This document shows positions 43,538 through 50,080 of a stretch of DNA of 64,000 nt, piece by piece. How positions within the stretch are numbered: position 1 is the first letter of the stretch; each line of letters opens with the position of its first letter. Under the pieces are notes generated by a model, which saw nothing but the letters and a program-made list of their open reading frames with translations, was not told where the DNA came from and did not search any database. A program made the position numbers and the translations under genes. The stretch lies in the sequence record KT919973.1. One strand, given 5' to 3'.

Positions 43538-43656
43538 GGGAGAGTACGGGATTTGAACCACGTGACCAAAAGATTTACCTAGTTAAGGGTTGCAGAATGA
43601 ATGCTTATCAGAATTCTTTAACATTCTTTTGCTCTACCAGACTGAGCTAACTCTCC
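43538..43656 (-). ncRNA. tRNA-like RNA C with about 50-nt anticodon-loop insertion carrying ATTCTGCAA
   Basis: GGAGAGT/ACTCTCC, GCTC-AGTCTGGTA-GAGC, AAAGA/TCTTT, TTCAAAT T loop; no standard N73-CCA. Confidence 0.7.
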
Positions 43657-43661
43657 GTTAT

Positions 43662-43764
43662 CTACTTTGTTTCGCTTGTCAGGGCGCCGAAACGCTACCT
43701 AACCAAGGATTCGAACCTTTTAACCAACACCTCGCGAAAATTATTTTTCTCGTTGGCAAAGTAG
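43662..43764 (-). ncRNA. 103-nt multi-branch RNA with a T-arm mimic
   Basis: CTACTTTG/CAAAGTAG, CCAAC/GTTGG, AAGG-TTCGAAT-CCTT, GTTTCG/CGAAAC. Confidence 0.6.
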
Positions 43765-43770
43765 TAAAAA

Positions 43771-43907
43771 CATATTGAGCAGGGTGCAGGATTCGAACCT
43801 GCGTCACGATCTTGGAAATGATATGCTAAATTGATTGCAGAATACAAACTTAACAGCTTGCGTTTATGCTACGTGTGCTAGCCACTACACCAACCCTGCT
43901 CAATATG
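43771..43907 (-). ncRNA. tRNA-like RNA B with anticodon-arm insertion carrying ATTCTGCAAT
   Basis: 15-bp extended acceptor CATATTGAGCAGGGT/ACCCTGCTCAATATG, D arm, GCAGG-TTCGAAT-CCTGC. Confidence 0.75.
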
Positions 43908-44146
43908 TTCTTGAGAGTGCTTGTGGTTAATCACAAGCACCAAAAATCCTCTAGTTTATTTTGCCTTAGCTAATCAACACAACCTGAAATCGTGCGCTTT
44001 ATTTACGGGATGAATGACCCGTTCGCATATGATTAGCGCAAAAGTATGAATGCGCACCTTTTCTTCTTCAATGTCCAAGGCAAAGAGGACGATGAATACT
44101 AGTGCGAGAAGATATACAATCAAATTGTTCACCTCGCTTGATAAGT

Positions 44147-44293
44147 GAGAGTACATTGGTCGAGTGTAACGGAATCGAACCGTTCCCACGATCTCCCTAT
44201 GATATGCGTAAATTGGTTGCTGAATATAATCATGTCTGATTACAGTATGCTACGTGTGCTGCCACTACACCAACACTCGACCAATATACTCTC
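44147..44293 (-). ncRNA. tRNA-like RNA A (mature about 44157-44279) with insertion carrying ATTCAGCAAC
   Basis: CGAGTGT/ACACTCG-A-CCA, D arm nearly identical to RNA B, AACGG-TTCGATT-CCGTT, 21-bp precursor stem. Confidence 0.78.
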
Positions 44294-44294
44294 G

Positions 44295-44445
44295 ATATTT
44301 TAAATGTGCGCTACTTGCACGCCGACTGAGCGAATTTTAACTCAGCTAGTTTTTGATTGAGAATTCGTCCGCTAAGAGTATCCCTGCACGCCAGAACGTA
44401 TACTGGCTCCATGTATTCATTGCGGCTAACGCACATTTAAAATAT
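44295..44445 (-). ncRNA. 151-nt RNA closed by a 16-bp perfect stem
   Basis: ATATTTTAAATGTGCG/CGCACATTTAAAATAT; internal GCCAG/CTGGC and CTGAG/CTCAG hairpins. Confidence 0.65.
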
Positions 44446-44551
44446 TACTCATCTTCAGAGAAGAGGCAGAAACGATGAGTTTAGTCTGCTTAATCAATAT
44501 TGTTCATCTTCAATAAGAGGCGAGAACGATGAACTTAGCTCGCTTAATCAA
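44443..44551 (-). ncRNA. two tandem 54/55-nt H-type pseudoknot repeats (type III antitoxin-like)
   Basis: unit 1 GCGAG/CTCGC plus GTTCATC/GATGAAC; unit 2 GCAGA/TCTGC plus ACTCATC/GATGAGT; compensatory changes in both stems. Confidence 0.8.
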
Positions 44552-44559
44552 CTGTGTTA

Positions 44560-44587
44560 ATCTTAACATCATTTCAGTGTAAGTCAA
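44560..44587 (-). promoter_or_regulatory. sigma70-type promoter for the pseudoknot/tRNA-like operon
   Basis: TTGACT-16bp-TAAGAT with TGn extension and upstream A-tract. Confidence 0.75.
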
Positions 44588-44600
44588 CAACTTTTTCAAA

Positions 44601-44650
44601 TATTTCATCGAGTTGAAAGTTTGTGTTCTGTCTCTCGACTCGATGAAATA
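44601..44650 (-). ncRNA. 50-nt hairpin RNA behind its own promoter
   Basis: 13-bp stem TATTTCATCGAGT/ACTCGATGAAATA. Confidence 0.5.
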
Positions 44651-44651
44651 C

Positions 44652-44679
44652 ATTCTACATGCTTTTCAGAATAAGTCAA
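44652..44679 (-). promoter_or_regulatory. sigma70-type promoter (paralogue of 44560-44587)
   Basis: AAAAAGTTGTTGACTTA shared; TTGACT-16bp-TAGAAT. Confidence 0.75.
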
Positions 44680-44696
44680 CAACTTTTTGAAAGTTT

Positions 44697-44951
44697 TTAT
44701 ACTGAAAGAATGATACCGCTTTCTGTCTCACCTCGTTCAAGCGCAGCGTGCTTGATTTGAAGCTGAGATACAGCTTGCTGAAGCTCAGTGATAGCTTTGT
44801 CGTAAAGTTTGTTGTTCTCTTTAAGTAAAGCAATCTGATCGGTCTGCATACCGATGATATACGTCAATAATACAACGTTCTCTTCAGTAGTTAGAGTTTC
44901 GGGAGCTTCATTGTACTTCTTTAATACTGCTTCAGTAGATAAATCAGTCAT
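44697..44951 (-). CDS. coiled-coil hypothetical protein
   Basis: ATG 44951 coupled to the 57B stop. Confidence 0.75.
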   Translation of the reverse strand: MTDLSTEAVLKKYNEAPETLTTEENVVLLTYIIGMQTDQIALLKENNKLYDKAITELQQAVSQLQIKHAALERGETESGIILSV

Positions 44952-45399
44952 TACTATCAACCCAATTTAAATCAAGTGGTTCAAGATATTCATCAACAAG
45001 CCGAACTTCAGCGTTGACGGGCATAGGTGTGATCGCGTCGTCATAAGACAACGTAACGTGAGGGGTATAGTCAGGGTAGTCGTGAGTACCACCGATAGAG
45101 ATAAGATCATCGTGACGTTCTACAAGTTCTGGACATACCATCTTAGCAACAACTGCATATTTGCCGTCTTGCGTTTTCCAACAGTCGATATGTTCAACAG
45201 TAGCAACGAAAGTGGTATCGACAACAGGTACATCAATTTGCTTACGACTATAAAGCACAGTCACGTGAAATTTATCTGGTTCTAACGGATTTTTTAGACG
45301 AAGCGTTTTCTGCAATCGAACTAACTCTTGCTTACTCGCCTCGTCTAATCTGATACCAACGTAAGTTCCCTGACTTTCAAGGAACTTAGATAGTTTCAT
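44944..45399 (-). CDS. 57B: gp57B / Acb1 anti-CBASS 2H phosphoesterase
   Basis: two HxT motifs (FHVTVLYSRK, YTPHVTLSY); T4 synteny 57B-57A-1-3. Confidence 0.9.
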   Translation of the reverse strand: MKLSKFLESQGTYVGIRLDEASKQELVRLQKTLRLKNPLEPDKFHVTVLYSRKQIDVPVVDTTFVATVEHIDCWKTQDGKYAVVAKMVCPELVERHDDLISIGGTHDYPDYTPHVTLSYDDAITPMPVNAEVRLVDEYLEPLDLNWVDSND

Positions 45400-45665
45400 T
45401 ATTCAGCGTCTTTTTCTTGTTCGCCGTCGCCTTCAGCAGGACGTTCAGCTTTACCGGTTAGAATTGCGATTTCGTCAACGTAGTTCTGTAGAGAACTTGC
45501 TTGCGTCTGATCGAAATCGAGTAGTTGAGCTAGTACACCCACGAACTGACCAAAAGAATTGCGCTCTTCTTGAAGAGTCTCTTGTAGGTCAAAGGTACGC
45601 ACTTTAAGATCTTTGATTTGTGCGTCTTTCTGTTCGATTACTTGTTCAGCAGTTTGTTGTGACAT
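45399..45665 (-). CDS. 57A: tail fibre assembly chaperone gp57A
   Basis: LKVRTFDLQE coiled coil; synteny. Confidence 0.8.
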   Translation of the reverse strand: MSQQTAEQVIEQKDAQIKDLKVRTFDLQETLQEERNSFGQFVGVLAQLLDFDQTQASSLQNYVDEIAILTGKAERPAEGDGEQEKDAE

Positions 45666-45669
45666 GTTT

Positions 45670-46314
45670 TCACCTTAAATTTAAATTATCAATTTGTTCA
45701 TACAGTTCTTCAAGAGAACCGTTATTGTCTATTTGAATAGCGTCTTCAATAAAACCCAATTCGGTATCGCTAATGTGATTAGATGCCAGAGAACCTTCTC
45801 GGTTAACTTGTAACATCGTGCCACCAAGCTCATATACTAAATTCATTTCGTTTTCAAAACGAACATCAGTAATTATAAAGAGCAAGTCGGGGTTGTTAAA
45901 CACTAACTGATTGTATTTATCACGTGCATAATTGATCCAATGCTGATCGTTAAGAGAACGTGCAACATCAGTACCTGTCATTTGTAAGAGATCTCGAATA
46001 CTAAAAAGACCAGTGTGTGGAAGTAGAGTAAAGTATACGTAATCATAGTCAGCATCTACGTTTGCGTAGTCACAGCACTTCAATACAAGTTCAATTGCTT
46101 CGTCTAACGTAAATACTGGAACTTCGCGGTCACAATCTGTTTGACCGTCTATGTCTGCATAATCATAGCCATATTCTTTTAACCCAATGAACAACCCTTC
46201 TTTAATCGGGTCGGCAAATTTGTAAATGTAAGTGCTATCACTATGAGATTTTTTAATGGCAGCAGCAAGGGTATCTTTCCCTGAACGCTTTTGTCCATTG
46301 ATTCCTATAATCAT
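45670..46314 (-). CDS. 1: deoxynucleoside monophosphate kinase gp1
   Basis: GINGQKRSGKDT, FADPIK, RDLLQMTGTD, ITDVRFENE. Confidence 0.95.
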   Translation of the reverse strand: MIIGINGQKRSGKDTLAAAIKKSHSDSTYIYKFADPIKEGLFIGLKEYGYDYADIDGQTDCDREVPVFTLDEAIELVLKCCDYANVDADYDYVYFTLLPHTGLFSIRDLLQMTGTDVARSLNDQHWINYARDKYNQLVFNNPDLLFIITDVRFENEMNLVYELGGTMLQVNREGSLASNHISDTELGFIEDAIQIDNNGSLEELYEQIDNLNLR

Positions 46315-46350
46315 AATGAGTTACCTATTAATAATGTGTTTCGTCTCACG

Positions 46351-46380
46351 ATTATACGACAGATCTGGTGATTTCTAAAC
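46351..46380 (-). promoter_or_regulatory. early-type promoter for gene 1
   Basis: GTTTAGA-17bp-TATAAT. Confidence 0.6.
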
Positions 46381-46402
46381 AATGCGACAAGGTGCCTATT
46401 CT

Positions 46403-46456
46403 CTAATATTACTAATACCTCTAACTTCACTAAAACTACTAATACTACTAAGATGA
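46403..46456. repeat. six tandem 9-bp units beginning CTAA
   Basis: CTAATATTA CTAATACCT CTAACTTCA CTAAAACTA CTAATACTA CTAAGATGA. Confidence 0.8.
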
Positions 46457-46512
46457 TGCCCAATTTTTGGGCCTCACACCAAATTCTGCCGCTTCGCTCT
46501 AGATTCAGATAC

Positions 46513-46534
46513 AAAAAAGCCCCGTAAGGGGCTT
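46513..46534 (-). terminator. intrinsic terminator
   Basis: GCCCC TTAC GGGGC T6 (minus). Confidence 0.88.
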
Positions 46535-46543
46535 AATTGCTTT

Positions 46544-47080
46544 CTATGAACCCATATAGGGTGTTATTACTTCTTCTTTGCCATCGACTTTATGAATCAT
46601 TTCAAAATATGAGTATTCAAATTCGACATCACAAGTTACGACTTCAACATCACCAGATTCAGTATAGTTCCATTCTACAGCACTGAGTGACTTTGGGAAT
46701 GCATTGACAAAACGATATGTTGCTACAATTTTATCTTTGTTGTTGTCTAGAACATGTAGAAGCATAGTAACTGGAACAATCCCGTCACTTGTACTAGCAC
46801 CTGTTGGGTTATTCATTGTGATCAACCATCTATACAGCTCGGCATACGTCCGCATTTCTTCATCGACTAGAAATTGAATCGAAAGATCGTCATATGATGT
46901 ACCAGAACCTGCAACATGGTTATTTGCTAGTTTGGCATACTTCGGACCACGAGTAATGCTTGCAATTTCCATCGTAACACCCGGGATAGTGGCAGTTTGT
47001 ATCTGCCACTGGAACGTTTGAGTTGCGTTATTATCAGGGATGTCGATTCGGAAATTATTCTTCATCGTTAAGTTTTTCAT
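46544..47080 (-). CDS. 3: tail tube terminator / tail completion protein gp3
   Basis: NFRIDIPD, IPG, YDDL.IQFLVDE.M..Y..LY.W; synteny. Confidence 0.85.
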   Translation of the reverse strand: MKNLTMKNNFRIDIPDNNATQTFQWQIQTATIPGVTMEIASITRGPKYAKLANNHVAGSGTSYDDLSIQFLVDEEMRTYAELYRWLITMNNPTGASTSDGIVPVTMLLHVLDNNKDKIVATYRFVNAFPKSLSAVEWNYTESGDVEVVTCDVEFEYSYFEMIHKVDGKEEVITPYMGS

Positions 47081-49053
47081 TAATTCACCGTTCTTCTATT
47101 TGGTGAAGGCACTTTCGCTTCACTGTTTACGCTTAACGGTCTATTGAAGTTCGTTGTATTCTGAACTGAATTGACCGCATTGTTCACGAAGTTAGTTCCA
47201 ACCTCTTTCGTTTGCTGTGCTGCTCGAAATGCTGCTTCTCGCGCTGCGACAGCTTCTAAGATGATTGAACGCTTAACTTCTTGCATTGGCTTAATGATCC
47301 CCTCGTTGATCATACGTTGACGTTCAGCCGCTACAATTGCGTCTTCTGCTATCTGCTTCTTCTCAACTTCAGCTTGCAGGAACTTGTCAAGAGATTCGGC
47401 AGACGTTGCTAAATTCTTAGCAGGGTCTTTGATAGCATCAGCAGCGTTCTTAGCACCGTCTATAACCGCTTGTGCTGTATTCTTAGCCCCATCAACGATC
47501 ATATCCCCAGCTTTGCCTAGATAGTCTGTTTGATAGCGCGCATTGAGTCTTTCACGAACTTCAGCTTTGTCAGCATCTATTTTCGCTCTTTTCCCTTCAA
47601 TATCAGCATCTGCTATGAACTTGTCCATGCCTTCTGAACGCATCCAGTCTGGTAATGCATTTAATGCATCAACTACAAATGATTTAACGTTTAACATCAA
47701 GTCATCTATTGCTAACATAAGCAATCTAAACGAATCGGGAATTGATAACCAACCAGCTATGATTTTGTTAATTGCATTAACGTACATTCTGAAAGCTTTC
47801 TTAACGAAAGATACCACTGCATCGAAGCCAGATACAATTCCATCAACTGCACCTTCTGGTACAGCGTCTTTGATGTTTTCGCCGACGATTCCAAACCATT
47901 CTCCGATACCTCGAACCATATCGCTAAACCAATTCGACACTATATTAAACAGCATTTCCCGTTTTTCGGGGTCGCTGAAAATACTTTTCAATGCAACGAA
48001 GATTCGGTCGATTTCTTCTTCAAATAGCTTGTAAATACCATAACCTGCAAGCATACCTGCTAGTGCGAGTGGGTTTAACATGATTGAAATCATACGACCT
48101 AGTCCTAAGAATGTTTGACGAACAACTGCCCACATCCATTTTTTGACCGTACCTCTCATGTCAGTTGCAAGGTCTTTGATGATTCCACCCGTCCCTTGAC
48201 TAAACTTACCAAACCCTAATAGAATACTTGAAGCAATACGACCTAGTCTACCGAATTTACTAGCCGTTGATGCAGCATCTGCCATAGATGTTGAAAACTT
48301 TACTAATTGACCGCCTAGCATTATTAGACCTACACCAACTAGTCTAAACAACTTGGCAATCCACCCTAGCTTTTCACCTGTTAGGTGATTCGCGATTCGA
48401 CGTAGATCACTCGCTTGATTGCGTTGCACTTTCATGTTTTCTTTGTAACGAAATTGCTCAGTTTTACGAGCACGGGTATCAGTAACGACTTGATATGCAA
48501 ATATCTTCTTGTATAACGCGCTTATAAAGCCCACAGTAAGCGGAGAGTTGTTACCCGCACCGTTCGTCAAGAAGCTATTTAAATCGTCGGCAGTCGTCTT
48601 CTGAAGCCCGATTATTCGCTTCATGTCGTTGACTCTGAAGATCAGTCGTTCAAACCATCGAGTAAACCCCTCCTGCATACGAGCAAACTGCATTTTTGCA
48701 GTCAATCGCATCTCTTGAATACCGCGATCAATTCTAGACAAGTGACCTTTGAAATCTAAAGTAGTTTTGATGATATCAGTTAGTGATATAATCGAAGCGC
48801 GGACTCTGTTTGATGTCTGTTCGAAGTTTTCAATGACGCGCTGGAATAGATTTTTTTGTTGTGCAACTGCCTTTTCGTTAGTTTTGAAGACCGATTGCAT
48901 TGTTTCGAGCATCGTTGACGTTGTTATATCAATGTTGTTGATATGACGAGCCACACGCTGCATCGTGTAAACTTCAGGTCGGTCTTCTTGTTGGAGAATC
49001 AAATGATCTAATCTTCCGATTATCTCATTCATCTTTTTTTCATCAGCCGCCAT
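47080..49053 (-). CDS. 29: tape measure / baseplate hub protein gp29
   Basis: 657-aa helical protein with central hydrophobic segments; position. Confidence 0.75.
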   Translation of the reverse strand: MAADEKKMNEIIGRLDHLILQQEDRPEVYTMQRVARHINNIDITTSTMLETMQSVFKTNEKAVAQQKNLFQRVIENFEQTSNRVRASIISLTDIIKTTLDFKGHLSRIDRGIQEMRLTAKMQFARMQEGFTRWFERLIFRVNDMKRIIGLQKTTADDLNSFLTNGAGNNSPLTVGFISALYKKIFAYQVVTDTRARKTEQFRYKENMKVQRNQASDLRRIANHLTGEKLGWIAKLFRLVGVGLIMLGGQLVKFSTSMADAASTASKFGRLGRIASSILLGFGKFSQGTGGIIKDLATDMRGTVKKWMWAVVRQTFLGLGRMISIMLNPLALAGMLAGYGIYKLFEEEIDRIFVALKSIFSDPEKREMLFNIVSNWFSDMVRGIGEWFGIVGENIKDAVPEGAVDGIVSGFDAVVSFVKKAFRMYVNAINKIIAGWLSIPDSFRLLMLAIDDLMLNVKSFVVDALNALPDWMRSEGMDKFIADADIEGKRAKIDADKAEVRERLNARYQTDYLGKAGDMIVDGAKNTAQAVIDGAKNAADAIKDPAKNLATSAESLDKFLQAEVEKKQIAEDAIVAAERQRMINEGIIKPMQEVKRSIILEAVAAREAAFRAAQQTKEVGTNFVNNAVNSVQNTTNFNRPLSVNSEAKVPSPNRRTVN

Positions 49054-49220
49054 TATTGTTGTTCCTTATTCTTTTCTTTGATGTGATGTATAAGCTGTGC
49101 GGCATAGATTTCGCGCTCGAATAGAACCATTGTCTCTAAATCGTATAGAGAAAAATTGCCATGAGTGATCATGGCAAAGTTTTCTTTGTAATACTCTTCG
49201 AGTGAGTATCTACCGAGCAT
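49053..49220 (-). CDS. 51: baseplate hub assembly protein (short gp51 type; not in ORF track)
   Basis: 55 aa MLGRYSLEEYYKENFAMITHGNFSLYDLETMVLFEREIY; coupled at both ends. Confidence 0.85.
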   Translation of the reverse strand: MLGRYSLEEYYKENFAMITHGNFSLYDLETMVLFEREIYAAQLIHHIKEKNKEQQ

Positions 49221-50068
49221 TATACGAAAAAATCTTCGATGCCTCGTAGAGTTACTTTCTCTGCGTTACCACACTTAGGACATTTAACGTCAACATAAGT
49301 GGTGATTCGCGGCACTGCATCGACGAAAGTTTGAACTTTCTTGAATGCAGCAGTGTCTAGTTCACCCATGATATTGATCAACTGACCTTGTGCTGCAAGC
49401 TCTTCTTTGCTGTACACAGTATCACCAACGTGAACTTCTTTGATTGATTCAACAGCAATATTGAACAGACCTTCAGGTGTGTTAGGGTCGTTGTTCTCAT
49501 ACACGCGAATATTCGGGTGTTGAAGTTTGATTAATACTTGTTTGTTAACACGAACTGTATCTTCACCAGTGAATGCAGGCACAAACGCAGCGTTTAGGTC
49601 TATATTTGCCGTGATTCGCTCACCACATAGACGCTTGTCAGGTGCGAATACCGCTTCGATTGCTTCTTCGTTTGATTGATTAACAATCTCTGCGAACAAG
49701 TCATCGGCAGATTTCTCAAGTTCAGCTTCTTCTTGTGCGTCTAGCTGCTTGAGTTCTTCTTCTGGCTTATCTGCACAGCAGTTGTATTCCGCTTGAATTT
49801 CAGTTACGCCATTGCTGTTCATATACATGTGCATGAACAAGTATTCAGCATCACCAACCGTTAGGTCTTCCATCTTGATGTCTGAAACAATACAGTTTTC
49901 AAGACATTGCTCGATTGCATCAACCTTTTCATCTGATTCGTTAGCGATCAACAGTGTTTTATGCTCTTTTGCAAGCATGGCACGTAACTTGATCTCTTCG
50001 CCAGTAGATGGTAGTTTTACAGTATATTGAGGCGCAGCAAGTACGCTCAAATCAAATGGTTTTGTCAT
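49220..50068 (-). CDS. 26: baseplate hub subunit (gp26-like)
   Basis: YTVKLPSTG..IKLRAMLAKEHKTLLIA, C-terminal CPKC...LRGIEDFF. Confidence 0.85.
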   Translation of the reverse strand: MTKPFDLSVLAAPQYTVKLPSTGEEIKLRAMLAKEHKTLLIANESDEKVDAIEQCLENCIVSDIKMEDLTVGDAEYLFMHMYMNSNGVTEIQAEYNCCADKPEEELKQLDAQEEAELEKSADDLFAEIVNQSNEEAIEAVFAPDKRLCGERITANIDLNAAFVPAFTGEDTVRVNKQVLIKLQHPNIRVYENNDPNTPEGLFNIAVESIKEVHVGDTVYSKEELAAQGQLINIMGELDTAAFKKVQTFVDAVPRITTYVDVKCPKCGNAEKVTLRGIEDFFV

Positions 50069-50080
50069 GATATTTTTGCC

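Noticed and set aside
43974-44189. 71-aa ORF starting inside tRNA-like RNA A
   Set aside because: Start lies in the T arm; only a shorter TTG-initiated membrane peptide of about 49 aa after GAGGTG is plausible, too weak to call.
41865-44279. Group I introns in tRNAs
   Set aside because: Inserts are 41-60 nt, far too short, and lack P7/J-region consensus.
44443-44551. CRISPR mini-array or RNA anti-CRISPR repeat
   Set aside because: Units are contiguous with no spacer, 54-55 nt, pseudoknotted rather than a single hairpin, and unlike type I-E/I-F repeats; no cas genes.
44443-44551. HDV-like/theta ribozyme
   Set aside because: Only 3 nt lie between S2a and S1b, leaving no room for P3/L3, and there is no P1.1 GG on either strand.
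46311-46514. 67-aa membrane ORF
   Set aside because: Starts at TTG inside a terminator U-tract with no RBS; its hydrophobicity is a by-product of the 9-bp repeat.
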